A stretch of DNA of 64,000 nucleotides from a cyanobacterium endosymbiont of Rhopalodia gibba (GCA_045159875.1 CP067995.1:960001-1024000), one strand, 5' to 3'; shown: positions 21,759-33,052, counted from the first letter of the stretch. Made by a program: numbers and translations. Notes: generated from the sequence alone by a model not told the origin.

Positions 21759-22766
21759 TTATTTATTTACATTTCCATGACGTTTCTGATGCCAATACCA
21801 AGCATGATTCACAATAGTTTCTAAGTCGGGATACTTAGGTTTCCAACCCAGGGTAATTCGGGCTTTTTTGCTACTTCCGACTAGGATAGGGGGATCTCCT
21901 GGACGACGATTACTTTCTTGGACTGGAAAATCGATCTGCGTTACTTTTTTAGCGGTTTTAATCACTTCGCGTACGGAAAATCCATTACCATTGCCTAAAT
22001 TGAAAACATCACTTTTTCCTTCTTCTAAAAGGTATTTTAAGCCTAAGACATGAGCTGAAGCTAGATCATCAACATGAATATAATCTCTAACTGCTGTTCC
22101 ATCTGGAGTATCATAATCCGTCCCAAAAATAGACAGATAATTCTGTATTTTTAAGGCTGTTAATAACGCTAAAGGAATTAAGTGGGTTTCGGGATGATGA
22201 TCTTCTCCTAACCTTCCCTGGGGATTAGCTCCTGATGCATTAAAATAACGGAAAGCGACAGACTTTAAATCATAGGCTCGATCAAAGTCTTGCAAAATTT
22301 GTTCTATCATTGCTTTACTAACTGCATAGGGACTCAAGGGATCTTGAGGATGGTTCTCCATCATGGGAATTTGTTGAGACATCCCATAGATGGCGCAAGT
22401 AGAGGAAAAGACAAACCTTTTGATGTTGGCAGCTAACATAGCTTCTAATAAAGTCAAGGTACCAACTACATTATTACGATAATATCGACCAGGATTAGCT
22501 ACTGATTCTCCAACAGCAATGTAGGCAGCAAAGTGCATCACTGCCGCAATATCGTGACGGGCAAAAAGTTCATCGAGTAGGGGACGATCATTCATATCCC
22601 CCACAATCAATTCAACTTGTAATACATCCTCAACAAATTCAGGGTGTCCTTCGCTGAGATTATCTAAGATAATTACGTTGTATCCCGACTCTTGGAGAGC
22701 AAGTACAACATGGGAACCAATATACCCTGCTCCTCCTGTTACTAAAATAGTAGGTTTTGTGTTCAT
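21759..22766 (-). CDS. galE: UDP-glucose 4-epimerase
   Basis: LVTGGAGYIGSH, FVFSST, PYxxSK, FRYFNASGA and DGTAVRDYIHV. Confidence 0.96.
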   Translation of the reverse strand: MNTKPTILVTGGAGYIGSHVVLALQESGYNVIILDNLSEGHPEFVEDVLQVELIVGDMNDRPLLDELFARHDIAAVMHFAAYIAVGESVANPGRYYRNNVVGTLTLLEAMLAANIKRFVFSSTCAIYGMSQQIPMMENHPQDPLSPYAVSKAMIEQILQDFDRAYDLKSVAFRYFNASGANPQGRLGEDHHPETHLIPLALLTALKIQNYLSIFGTDYDTPDGTAVRDYIHVDDLASAHVLGLKYLLEEGKSDVFNLGNGNGFSVREVIKTAKKVTQIDFPVQESNRRPGDPPILVGSSKKARITLGWKPKYPDLETIVNHAWYWHQKRHGNVNK

Positions 22767-23612
22767 GAGATCTCCTTAAGACTTAATGATTAATAGAACA
22801 GAAGACACAATAGTGAACATCTCTATCCCTTCAATGGTTCTCTCTCTTAATTTAAGATAAGGTATTAAGTTGATTAAGAAAAGCAATTATGGAGAGTCTT
22901 AAGTCGAAGATAACTTATGTTAGAAGTTTTTTAATCAAAGAATATCTTACTAAGAATAGTTAGAGCTACTGATACAGTTCTTTTGATTTATTATTAAAAA
23001 ATAATCCTATTTTTTAATAAAATAATTTATTAAAATCTTTAAGAGATAGAGATAAAAGCTAGTTGACAAAAAATACATAGGTAAGTTTATAGCAGCATTA
23101 TTTACTAATAAATAATCAATCTTAATTAGTTGATCACAGTAAAACTATCTTTCTTTCTTCTCTAGTATTTGTTCAGAAAGACGCTTAAAAAAATAGTAAA
23201 TATTAGATTTTTTTAAATAAAGACAAGACTGTTTGCAAAAAAAAATATTTAATTTTTTCTAGATTAAATATCATTTAACTTTGATAATATTTAATTGCTC
23301 ATCGATTAACAGGATAAACTTAGGTCTTAAGGACTTGACTTTTTTGATAGTGAGGTTGTAATGTTCTTGATAGTTTTTCATCTATCAAGAATAGTTTTTA
23401 ATCTATCAAAAAAAGTAATTTTATAGAATCTAATCTGTTTTATAGAAGACCAAGCATTTTGGCAATAAATAGGTATATTCTCAACGTAGTTCTAGGATTC
23501 AACTCAAAGTTGAATAAAAATCTAAAAAGGCTCATACAAAAATGCTTAAAATAAATTAAAGAATCTAGAGAGAACAACTAAACAGAACAATGTAATTAAC
23601 CTTTAACAATAT

Positions 23613-25289
23613 ATGCAGATTACTAATCGTATTCACTTTAAAAATTTACGGGGCGATATCTTTGGCGGAGTTACCGCAGCTGTGATTGCCCTCCCCATGG
23701 CCCTGGCTTTCGGAGTAGCTTCGGGCGCGGGGGCGATCGCCGGACTATGGGGGGCAGTATTAATTGGCTTTTTTGCTGCCCTATTTGGCGGAACACCCAC
23801 CTTAATTTCTGAACCTACAGGGCCGATTACAGTAATGATGACAGCCATTGTAACCAAGATGATTGCACATAATCCAGAAAATGGACTAGCCATGTCCTTT
23901 ACTGTAGTAATGTTAGCAGGGATTTTTCAGATCATTTTCGGTTTGTTAAAGTTGGGAAAATACGTCACCCTCATGCCCTATACAATAATCTCGGGGTTTA
24001 TGTCAGGAGTGGGACTAATCCTCATTATTCTTCAGTTAGGACCATTTCTTGGTCATGTAAACCCTAAAGGGGGAGTCATTGAGGCTTTGAAAGCACTACC
24101 CTATTTTATCATCACGCTAAGTCCAACTGAAACAGCTTTAGGATTGTTGACAATAGCCATTCTCTACTTAATGCCCTCTAAAGTTAAAAAGTTTATTCCC
24201 TCCCAATTAATTGCCCTCATAGTGGGAACTTTAATTACAACTTTCTTTTTATCAGAAGCAGATATCCATATCATTGGCGAAATTCCTACGGGATTTCCTC
24301 AGTTGCATTTTCCTGTTTTTTTCCTTGACCAAATTAATGAAATGTTGGTGGATGGTCTTGTTTTAGGGATGCTTGGTTGTATTGATGCTTTATTAACCTC
24401 TGTCATTGCTGATAGTTTAACTCAAACTCACCATGACTCTGATAAAGAACTAATCGGTCAAGGAATTGGAAACTTGGTTTCTGGGTTGTGTGGGGGACTT
24501 CCTGGGGCAGGCTCCACCACGGGAACTGTTATCAATATTCAAGCAGGGGGACGCACTGCTTTATCTGGTTTAAGTAGGGCTTTTATTTTGCTAATTGTAG
24601 TACTTTGGGCTGCTCCTTTAACCAAGAATATTCCCTTAGCGGGTTTGGCTGGTATTGTCCTTAAGATAGGGATTGATATTATTGACTGGAAATTCTTAAA
24701 ACGAGCTCACAGACTTTCAATCAAAGCAGCGGTTATTATGTATGGGGTAATGCTACTAACTGTCTTTTACGACTTAATCACGGCAGTTAGTCTTGGAGTT
24801 TGTATGGCTAATATTTTAACTATTCAACATCTAGCAGATATTCAATCTGCTTTGGTCAAAACAATTGATACACCCGATGATAAGACTATATTATGTGATA
24901 CAAGCAGGCGTCTTATGGAAAAAGCTAACAAACGAATTATGCTCTTAGATTTGAGCGGTCCTATGAGTTTTGGAGCAGCAAAAGCGATTACTCAACGACA
25001 GGCAATTATAGATAATTATGATGCTCTGATTATTGATTTAAATGGTGTCCCCTTATTGGGAGTAACAGCAACTTTAGCTATTGAAAAAATGATCGATGAG
25101 GCCGCTAAGAAGTCAATAGAAATTTATATTGTTGGGGCTAATATAAAAATTAAAGAGCGGTTACAAAAGTTTGATATTTTTAGACGTATTCCTCTACAAA
25201 ATCGCTTTGATAGTCGAGTAGCTGCCTTACATCTTGCAGTTGCTTCTCTCGAAGGAGAAGGAAAAATACTGAAAGAAATTGATGAATAG
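23613..25289 (+). CDS. bicA: SulP/SLC26 anion transporter, BicA-type Na+-dependent bicarbonate transporter
   Basis: MQITNRIHFKNLRGDIFGGVTAAVIALPMALAFG and GGTPTLISEPTGP, plus a C-terminal STAS domain (DLSGPMSFG). Confidence 0.85.
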   Translation: MQITNRIHFKNLRGDIFGGVTAAVIALPMALAFGVASGAGAIAGLWGAVLIGFFAALFGGTPTLISEPTGPITVMMTAIVTKMIAHNPENGLAMSFTVVMLAGIFQIIFGLLKLGKYVTLMPYTIISGFMSGVGLILIILQLGPFLGHVNPKGGVIEALKALPYFIITLSPTETALGLLTIAILYLMPSKVKKFIPSQLIALIVGTLITTFFLSEADIHIIGEIPTGFPQLHFPVFFLDQINEMLVDGLVLGMLGCIDALLTSVIADSLTQTHHDSDKELIGQGIGNLVSGLCGGLPGAGSTTGTVINIQAGGRTALSGLSRAFILLIVVLWAAPLTKNIPLAGLAGIVLKIGIDIIDWKFLKRAHRLSIKAAVIMYGVMLLTVFYDLITAVSLGVCMANILTIQHLADIQSALVKTIDTPDDKTILCDTSRRLMEKANKRIMLLDLSGPMSFGAAKAITQRQAIIDNYDALIIDLNGVPLLGVTATLAIEKMIDEAAKKSIEIYIVGANIKIKERLQKFDIFRRIPLQNRFDSRVAALHLAVASLEGEGKILKEIDE

Positions 25290-25524
25290 ATAGATACAAG
25301 TGGAGTTCAGTTTTTTAATCAACAATCTTCTATCAAAGGTGATTCCACTGTAGAACCAGAAGTTTTATCAGAAGATCACTCTGTTCAACAGAGATTAATT
25401 AATAAGTGAATGTCAAATAAAAAGATGGGGCAACTATTATTTCATTCTTTTTCAAGAAGATTCTCTTTGTTTAAAAGTAACAACTATTAGTTAACAAATT
25501 TTATTTAATAAATAAAAAATAATT

Positions 25525-25953
25525 ATGAAAATATTTGAAGATGAAAAATTCTTGGGTTTTATTCACATTATTGAGAATCTTGTCTCTAAAGTGTTGTCAT
25601 TAGCTCTAATTGTTGTTATTTTCGTTTCTCTCTTTGAGCTTATTTTAATTCTTTCAAAATATTTATTTGCGAAGGAACCAGTTGGCTTTTTTGGTCCAAC
25701 TATTATTGAAATTTTCGGTCTATTTCTAAATGTTTTGATTGCGCTGGAACTTTTAGAGAATATTACTGCTTATCTAAAAAAACATATTGTTCAAGTAGAA
25801 CTAGTGGTCGTCACTGCCTTAATTGCTGTTGCTCGAAAAATAATAATTTTTAATCCAATTAAACATCAAAAGTCAGATTTATTTGCTTTAGCTGCAGCAA
25901 GTTTAGCACTTTCCATTAGTTATTGGTTAATTCGAAAGGTCAATTACAAATAG
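25525..25953 (+). CDS. Phosphate-starvation-inducible PsiE family membrane protein
   Basis: IFGLFLNVLIALELLENITAYL...VELVVVTALIAVARKIII, with about four TM helices. Confidence 0.85.
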   Translation: MKIFEDEKFLGFIHIIENLVSKVLSLALIVVIFVSLFELILILSKYLFAKEPVGFFGPTIIEIFGLFLNVLIALELLENITAYLKKHIVQVELVVVTALIAVARKIIIFNPIKHQKSDLFALAAASLALSISYWLIRKVNYK

Positions 25954-27237
25954 AATAGGTTATAGCAGTATATCTTAAAATTATTTCAGAGATCGTTTAT
26001 GAAGTAAATTTTAAGAGAACTGTAGAGTGTATTAGCGTAGTGCAATGCACAAAAAAAATAAGCCTAGTACTGTCCAGTAGAAAAATAAAAAAAACCACCC
26101 AAACTATCATGTTTTATAAACATATTTTGCTTGATGTTTTCTCTTAAAAAGACTCTCTTAGACTGGCAGTGGATTTGTATTTTATCAGCTCAATTCTCTT
26201 TCAGCTCAATGATCTCTATCTCTTTCAATTATGGAGTTGTTCTCGTTCATTCTGCCTAGTTATCTCCTAATATCTCTTATGATTTAGAATTAGCAGGTTG
26301 AGAACTATCAAAGTTAACTCGTTACCAAGAAACCCTCTCCCAGCCAAGAAATAAAAGGCATCTATGTAGGGGAGAAATCCATTATGGGTAAAATTATCGT
26401 TTAAAAATCGCATTATGCATCAAACTTTTTAGGCAATTCCTATTGGCTTCTAGATCAACAACTCTATCCAACCCAATGGTGAAAAAGACAGGTTAAAATT
26501 TTCTCTGAGTAATCAATCACAAAAGAATACTAAAAATATTTAGTCAACGATCCATGAGGGAATATTGCTTTATTAGACAAGGCCGGCTAAATTTATTTAT
26601 GGAGCATAGCGTAATCAGACCATCATCGTAAACAAAAGTCATCAACTATCAAAACAGTTAACTGTCAGAAGTTGTTTTCTTAGGAAGCTCAGGAAGAAAA
26701 TAGCTTAATTAATAAGATTCGGCATTAGTTGATAATCGGGTTTATTTTGGTGATTAATTTCTCAAATTAATGAGATTTGTTCATAAGTGGTTGCTCACAG
26801 GTATTTTCTGTTGATTGACTAAATAATTAAATTCTTTAGCTCTTAGTAGGTAAAGTATAAATTGTTTTAAATTTTTTTAAACTCCATTCATAGCCTGACT
26901 TAAACAGTAAACTGCTACCATCACTAGTTGTTAAAAGATTAATCAAAAAGCTCGAAGACCCCAGTAAGTATTTTGTGTTTTGCGAATTACACGGACGGCT
27001 AAATTTGCTTTTTTTAAAGAAAAAATAAATGTTTTTTGTCAAAAACGATATAATTGTCTGTCATCGTTTTTGACAGACGAGATACTAAAAACCTAGACGG
27101 AATAAGAATTTAGGAAAAAATATTTTTAGTTATAAAAAGAATCACTTTGTATAAATTGTTTACTAAATTTTACGGTAGTCTGTATCCAATCCAAGAAAGT
27201 GAGGTATGATAAGGAATTGTGAGTTTTTGCTAAGGTC

Positions 27238-27600
27238 ATGAACGCCCAAGAAACTATCAAGTCAATTGAAACCGAATACATTAAGACGAATTTGCCTACC
27301 ATTCATGTGGGGGATACTGTTCGTGTCGGAGTCCGTATTAGGGAAGGGGGTAAAGAAAGAACCCAGCCCTATGAAGGGACAGTGATTGCTATGCGTAATG
27401 GTGGAATCAATGAAACAATCACTGTCCGCAAGATTTTCCAGGGCGTAGGAGTTGAACGTGTCTTTTTATTACACTCTCCTAGGATTGCTGATATTAAAGT
27501 TATATGCAGAGGGAAAGTCCGTCGTGCTAAGCTTTACTATCTACGTGATCGCGTCGGTAAAGCAACTCGCATACGTCAACGTTTTGATCGTCCTTTATAA
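27238..27600 (+). CDS. rplS: 50S ribosomal protein L19
   Basis: [31 protein letters not shown] and [12 protein letters not shown]. Confidence 0.98.
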   Translation: MNAQETIKSIETEYIKTNLPTIHVGDTVRVGVRIREGGKERTQPYEGTVIAMRNGGINETITVRKIFQGVGVERVFLLHSPRIADIKVICRGKVRRAKLYYLRDRVGKATRIRQRFDRPL

Positions 27601-27704
27601 ATTTCTCCAACAACGGCGCACACAAATAAAAGCGTAAAATGCGATCAGATTGCGCTATGATTGAAAAGCGGTAATGGATAGTTGTCAGTTATCGCTCAAA
27701 CTGT

Positions 27705-27777
27705 GCGCTCTTAGTTCAGTTGGTAGAACGCAGGTCTCCAAAACCTGATGTCGGAGGTTCGAGTCCTCCAGGGCGTG
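27705..27777 (+). tRNA. trnW: tRNA-Trp (CCA)
   Basis: Acceptor stem GCGCTCT/AGGGCGT, D arm AGTTCAGTTGGTAGAAC, anticodon loop CT-CCA-AA and T loop GGTTCGAGTCC; canonical position between rplS and secE. Confidence 0.97.
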
Positions 27778-27814
27778 TTTCTGTGCGGCTTAAGTGAACT
27801 GTTGAGAGGTAACT

Positions 27815-28051
27815 GTGGTTAAAAAGGAAAGCCCAAAAGTTGATCAGATAAAGCCAAAAGCCAATAATAATGAAACACCAAAATCCAACTTTGTTGGGAA
27901 TACTCAAGATGAGTTGACCAAGGTTGTCTGGCCGTCTAGACAACAATTACTTAGCGAATCGGCGGCAGTCATCCTGATGGTTAGTTTAGTAGCTACAGTA
28001 ATTTATCTCGTTGATAATCTTTTCAGTTGGGGAGCAGGGAAGGTATTTTAA
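27815..28051 (+). CDS. secE: Preprotein translocase subunit SecE
   Basis: ELTKVVWPSRQQL motif, one TM helix, and position upstream of nusG. Confidence 0.95.
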   Translation: MVKKESPKVDQIKPKANNNETPKSNFVGNTQDELTKVVWPSRQQLLSESAAVILMVSLVATVIYLVDNLFSWGAGKVF

Positions 28052-28668
28052 TGAGTTTTGCCCAAAATAACTCACCGGAAATAGAACAGCTCGAAGAAAG
28101 AAAAAAAGCGGCTCGTTGGTATGCTGTTCAGGTTGCTTCTGGCTGTGAAAAACGGGTGAAAGCAGACTTAGAGCAACGGATTCATACCCTTGATGTAGCT
28201 GATAGAATCTTGCGGGTTCAAATTCCCAAAACCCCCACGATCAAAGTCCGTAAAGATGGTTCTCGTCACCATGGGGAAGAAAAAGTTTTCCCTGGCTATG
28301 TACTGGTGAGAATGATCATGGACGATGATGCTTGGTTAGTTGTAAAAAATACTCCTAACGTGATCAACTTTGTGGGGTCAGAACAAAAGCGTAGCATCGG
28401 TAGAGGAAGGGGACATGTTAAACCAGTCCCCCTGAGTCCAGGGGAAGTGGAACGAATCTTTAAGCAGGTAGAAGTCCAAGAACCCGTCGTCAAAATCGAT
28501 ACAGAAGTGGGGGATAGAATAATCGTTCTCTCAGGTCCGTTTAAGGATTTTGAAGGGGAAGTGGTAGAAGTAAGTCCAGAACGTAGTAAAGTTAAAGCCT
28601 TACTTTCCATCTTTGGAAGAGACACCCCAGTTGAACTGGAATTTAACCAAATAGAGAAGCAAAATTAG
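28051..28668 (+). CDS. nusG: Transcription termination/antitermination factor NusG; ATG 28051 overlaps the secE stop
   Basis: [35 protein letters not shown] and the KOW motif with [10 protein letters not shown]. Confidence 0.97.
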   Translation: MSFAQNNSPEIEQLEERKKAARWYAVQVASGCEKRVKADLEQRIHTLDVADRILRVQIPKTPTIKVRKDGSRHHGEEKVFPGYVLVRMIMDDDAWLVVKNTPNVINFVGSEQKRSIGRGRGHVKPVPLSPGEVERIFKQVEVQEPVVKIDTEVGDRIIVLSGPFKDFEGEVVEVSPERSKVKALLSIFGRDTPVELEFNQIEKQN

Positions 28669-28670
28669 CG

Positions 28671-29096
28671 ATGGCCAAGAAAGTTGCTGCAATGATTAAA
28701 CTTGCCCTTCCTGCAGGAAAGGCTAACCCCGCCCCTCCCGTGGGACCTGCCTTGGGTCAACACGGGGTGAACATTATGGCATTTTGCAAAGAATATAATG
28801 CCAAAACTGCCGATCAGGCCGGAATGATAGTTCCTGTAGAAATTTCCGTCTACGAAGACCGGAGTTTTACTTTTGTTCTGAAAACGCCTCCAGCTTCAGT
28901 ATTAATTCGCAAAGCGGCCGGAGCACAAAAAGGTTCAAGTCAACCCAATAACGAGAAAGTAGGTAGTATTACTCGTGATCAACTACGAGAAATTGCTCAA
29001 ACTAAAATGCCTGACCTTAATGCTAATGATATTGAAGCGGCAATGAATATTGTTGAGGGAACTGCTCGTAATATGGGAGTTACCATCAACGACTAA
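28671..29096 (+). CDS. rplK: 50S ribosomal protein L11
   Basis: [22 protein letters not shown] and GTARNMG. Confidence 0.98.
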   Translation: MAKKVAAMIKLALPAGKANPAPPVGPALGQHGVNIMAFCKEYNAKTADQAGMIVPVEISVYEDRSFTFVLKTPPASVLIRKAAGAQKGSSQPNNEKVGSITRDQLREIAQTKMPDLNANDIEAAMNIVEGTARNMGVTIND

Positions 29097-29123
29097 TGGA
29101 TAGTCTGAATCACTAAAAACTAA

Positions 29124-29160
29124 CTTAGGGGAGAAGTATTACTTCGTTATTGACCCAAGG
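29124..29160 (+). promoter_or_regulatory. Putative L1-binding autoregulatory RNA element in front of rplA
   Basis: cttaGGGGAGaagtattacttcgttattGACCCaagg: a GGGAG...GACCC stem with an internal loop next to the rplA RBS, resembling L1 target mimics. Confidence 0.55.
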
Positions 29161-29172
29161 AGAAAATTACTC

Positions 29173-29889
29173 ATGGCTAAAAAACTTTCAAAACGCTTTA
29201 AAGAAGCATTAGCTAAGGTTGAAAAAGACAAGCTATATGAGCCTTTAGAGGCTCTACAACTGCTAAAAAAAACAGCAACGGCTAAATTCAATGAATCGGC
29301 AGAAGCTCACATTCGTTTAGGCATTGATCCTAAATATACTGAGCAGCAACTAAGGACTACAGTTTCTTTACCCAAAGGAACTGGTCAAGAAGTTCGTGTA
29401 GCTGTCATTGCTAGAGGGGAAAAAGTTCAAGAAGCCAGCAATGCAGGAGCGGATATCTACGGTTCAGAAGAATTGATTGAAGAAATTCAAAATGGGATGA
29501 TGGACTTTGAGGTTTTGATTGCTACTCCTGATATGATGCCAAAAGTCGCTAAATTAGGACGTATACTTGGCCCTCGTAGTTTGATGCCTTCTCCTAAAGG
29601 GGGAACAGTAACGGCTGATCTAGAAAGTGCAATCGCTGCATTTAAAGCGGGAAAACTAGAATTTCGTGCTGATAGAACAGGGATCGTTCATGTTATGTTT
29701 GGTAAGGCATCTTTCGCTCCTGAGGATTTGCTGGACAATCTCAAGGCCTTACAGGAAACCATTGACCGTCAGCGTCCCTCTGGTGCCAAAGGGCGTTATT
29801 GGCGCAGTGTCTTTGTCTCGGCTTCTATGGGACCGTCTATTGGCATTGACATTAACCAACTAAGGGATCTAAAATTGGCTGATGTTTAA
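29173..29889 (+). CDS. rplA: 50S ribosomal protein L1
   Basis: [40 protein letters not shown] and SASMGP. Confidence 0.98.
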   Translation: MAKKLSKRFKEALAKVEKDKLYEPLEALQLLKKTATAKFNESAEAHIRLGIDPKYTEQQLRTTVSLPKGTGQEVRVAVIARGEKVQEASNAGADIYGSEELIEEIQNGMMDFEVLIATPDMMPKVAKLGRILGPRSLMPSPKGGTVTADLESAIAAFKAGKLEFRADRTGIVHVMFGKASFAPEDLLDNLKALQETIDRQRPSGAKGRYWRSVFVSASMGPSIGIDINQLRDLKLADV

Positions 29890-29970
29890 GATTATCGTAA
29901 TTGAGAAATAACTATTAGTTAATTTCAGTTAAAAAGCAACCCACTATAACTAAATGCTTGTTTGGCTTAT

Positions 29971-30120
29971 GCCGCAGACAGCAGGTGCTATTGACTTAAT
30001 GTCCTGCCGAGGTTGAGGCCTGAAGAAAGTTAAGTAGTAAAGATTTAAAGGATTAATTTCCCTTTTTGTCCTCTTCTTATCCGACCTCAGCCCCGGCAAA
30101 ATGCTGGGGGTTTCTTTTTT
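29971..30120 (+). ncRNA. Ribosomal protein L10 leader with terminator/attenuator hairpin
   Basis: ccgcAGACAGCAGG...TTAA..TCCTGCCGAGG core typical of L10 leaders, followed by ccccggca-aaa-tgctgggg and a T tract upstream of rplJ. Confidence 0.8.
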
Positions 30121-30165
30121 GGATAATTAGTTAACGTTCCTAAACTTAAGGAGGTGAACACATCA

Positions 30166-30717
30166 ATGGGAAGAACCTATAAAAACAAAGGAACAGTGAT
30201 CACAGATCTTAAAGGACTCTTGAGTGAAGCTCAGCTCGCCTTTGTGATTGATTATCAAGGGTTGACAGTTGCCGACATTACTGATTTACGTGGCCGACTG
30301 CGTCCAACAGGATCAGTGTGCAAGGTAACAAAAAATACCTTAATGAGGATTGCAGTCAAAGAAGACGAAACCTGGAAACCGATGATGAAGTTTCTTAAAG
30401 GTTCATCAGCTTTTATTCTCGTAAAGGACGATGTCGGGGGCGCAATTAGGGCTTATCAAAGTTTCAAAAAAGACACCAAAAAGACCGAATTTCGCGGTGG
30501 TGTCATGCAAGGACAAGCCCTAGATGAAAGTCAAGTGAAGGCGATCGCTGACTTACCCTCAAAAGAAGAACTGATGGGTCAATTGGCTGGAGCGATTAAT
30601 TCACTGGCAACCAAACTGGCCTTTGGTATCAAGGAAGTGCCTTCGTCTGTGGGACGAGGCATTAACGAAGTCCCAAGTTCTTTGAGTCGCGTCATTGGCG
30701 CAATGGCCAACAAGTAA
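30166..30717 (+). CDS. rplJ: 50S ribosomal protein L10; ATG 30166 follows a GGAGGTG Shine-Dalgarno
   Basis: DYQGLTVADITDLR, CKVTKNTLM and IADLPSKEEL. Confidence 0.97.
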   Translation: MGRTYKNKGTVITDLKGLLSEAQLAFVIDYQGLTVADITDLRGRLRPTGSVCKVTKNTLMRIAVKEDETWKPMMKFLKGSSAFILVKDDVGGAIRAYQSFKKDTKKTEFRGGVMQGQALDESQVKAIADLPSKEELMGQLAGAINSLATKLAFGIKEVPSSVGRGINEVPSSLSRVIGAMANK

Positions 30718-30808
30718 AGATGGCGATGTAGCCTAAGCATCTGCTTCCATTTAAACTATTGCTTGTTCAATTGTCCACTTTTTTTATTTACTTTCAAGGA
30801 GTTAAATT

Positions 30809-31210
30809 ATGTCTACTGCAACTGATGAAATTCTCGAAAAGCTAAAATCTCTGACCTTATTAGAAGCGTCAGAATTAGTAAAACAGATTGAAGAAGCCTT
30901 TGGTGTTAGTGCTGCTGCTCCTGTGGGCGGTGGTATGATGATGATGGCTCCTGGTGCTGCGGACCCTGGGGCTACGTCCGAACCAGAAGAAGAAAAAACT
31001 GAATTTGACGTCATTCTTGAAGAAGTTCCTAGCGATAAGAAAATTGCTATTCTTAAGGTAGTTCGTGCTATTACTGGTTTAGGACTCAAAGAAGCCAAAG
31101 ATATGGTGGAATCTACGCCTAAAACCATTAAAGAGGCTACTGGTAAGGATGACGCTGAAGAAACTAAGAAGAAACTCGAAGAGGCTGGTGCTAAGGTCAG
31201 TGTAAAATAG
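30809..31210 (+). CDS. rplL: 50S ribosomal protein L7/L12
   Basis: [33 protein letters not shown] and GLGLKEAK. Confidence 0.98.
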   Translation: MSTATDEILEKLKSLTLLEASELVKQIEEAFGVSAAAPVGGGMMMMAPGAADPGATSEPEEEKTEFDVILEEVPSDKKIAILKVVRAITGLGLKEAKDMVESTPKTIKEATGKDDAEETKKKLEEAGAKVSVK

Positions 31211-31234
31211 TTTTTCTGACTAGTCTCTGGGTGT

Positions 31235-31268
31235 AGTAGGGGTTAACAATTGTTAACCCCTACTTTTT
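31235..31268 (+). terminator. Intrinsic terminator of the rplJL operon (30 bp perfect palindrome plus T tract)
   Basis: agtaggggttaacaa|ttgttaacccctact-tttt. Confidence 0.85.
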
Positions 31269-31769
31269 GGTTGAAAGTTTGAATTTTGAAGTATCAGGAA
31301 AAATGTAAATTTTAGTAATAAAACAATTATATTTTTCTTATTAGTTACTTGGTCAATAGTGTTTATTGTTTGAGAAAAAGGGTTAATTTTTTTTTATTAT
31401 CTATTTAATAGAATTTTCATATATTTGATTCTAGCTCAATAAAAAATAACTCCAACAATGTATGAGAAGTTTATAGTAACTAATTAAATTTAATTTTTTA
31501 AAAACAATTACTTCTAATCGTTTTCTGCCGTATTTACCTACGTTATTAGCTTATATAAAAAATATATGAATAAAAGCATCTTCAGACTAAATCCTCTTAC
31601 CGCTATATTCTAAGAATTACAAAAAATATAATTAATTAGAATAAGTTCTTTTTCTTTCTTCTTATATTTTGCCGAAAAAATTATGATAATTTAATAATAT
31701 TTCTTGCATTTTATTAATTGTTTTGAGATATTCATGAACTAGAGGATCATCTACTAACATCCATAATCT

Positions 31770-31813
31770 TTTTGCTAACTTACTCTCTCTAATCAGAGAG
31801 TAAGTTAGCAAAA
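31770..31813. repeat. Orphan inverted repeat with 19 bp perfect arms
   Basis: ttttgctaacttactctct-ctaatc-agagagtaagttagcaaaa, in a gene desert. Confidence 0.85.
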
Positions 31814-32713
31814 TTCTCTAGTAATTCCTAAAGTATTTTTTCCCTTTTTGTTAAGATGATGGTTATAGTTGCTGTATTAGGTAGTTTTGTCCATCAATTA
31901 AATTATATTAAACTCAATAGCTTAGTTTGATTTGTCAAAAAAATAGACTCACATTAACTTGTATTTATCGTGGTTTAACCACCAGTAAATTTAATTAAAT
32001 ATTCAAGATTTATCTCTAACTGAAAAGGCTGTCTATCTCAAGATAAATTCTCTTTAATCTTCAAATAAAACATAGTCAACATAGAAATAAATTTTAAACA
32101 AGAATATAATCCCGAAATATTTAAAATAAAAATCATCAAAAAAGTCTTAAGTCGTAATTTTTATAAATGTAGTCAAAAGAAATAGAATAATTGAATAAAA
32201 AATAGAAATTATTTTTTTAAAATTTTAACTTCGTGTAGTTCTAAATAAAAAATTATAGCAGTTTGTGAGTGCGGATTTTATTGAATATAGTAGGCTGCAC
32301 TCAGTCAGCTAATATGACAAGACTCTAATTTATAAGTAGGTTCTGGTAGAATCGAATACGCATATTTATGCTAGTTTAATTATTAACTTTACTAGTGGCA
32401 TAGGAGCCATGTTTAGCCTTGCTTATCTTCTTAAAAGAAGCAATAATTTGAAATTGATATCATATGAGAGAGAGTTTCTGCCGTAATTATCTCGAAGTAC
32501 CCTTGTCCTAATTTTAGGTTTCCTTTTACAGGAAAAATTTCTAATTTATAATAGATAGCTACAATTTATGTTGTCGGCAATAGTATTTAAATCCATCTTA
32601 GATATCCTAAATTCAAGCAATTAGTTTTTTGTAGTAATAAGCTTATTAATTTTTGAGACAAAATGAAAGTTAAAAATAAGAAACTTATAGTTAATGACTA
32701 AATTAAGCGTAAG

Positions 32714-33052
32714 ATGCCCTTAAAATTCAAACGAAAACAACATCAAGGCTTTACCCTAATTGATTTGACCATTGGAGTGATAATTTCCACCATTATTGTT
32801 ATTATTGCCCTCTATAATCTATTAGAAACCCCGGAGAGCCGTCGAATTAGAATACCAGCTGTCAGAAATTTGAGAACTTTCTCCCACGGCAATAAATTGA
32901 ATGCTTTGAAATGTGAAGGACAAGACAAAAATGACAATGGGTTAGTTTTATGTAAGGCAAAAGACAGACAAGGAAAACTCGTGATGCTTCAATGTGGTTA
33001 TGATCCAAGACATCAATATTGTACAATCCAGGCAATAGGGAAGGGGGAATAG
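32714..33052 (+). CDS. Small type IV pilin-like protein with a prepilin N-terminal cleavage motif
   Basis: Basic leader KFKRKQHQG|FTLID, then a hydrophobic helix and a C-terminal domain with four Cys. Confidence 0.75.
   Translation: MPLKFKRKQHQGFTLIDLTIGVIISTIIVIIALYNLLETPESRRIRIPAVRNLRTFSHGNKLNALKCEGQDKNDNGLVLCKAKDRQGKLVMLQCGYDPRHQYCTIQAIGKGE

Noticed and set aside
26100..26790. Possible pseudogene downstream of the PsiE-family gene
   Set aside because: Looks like eroded coding DNA, but no translation could be assigned to a family.
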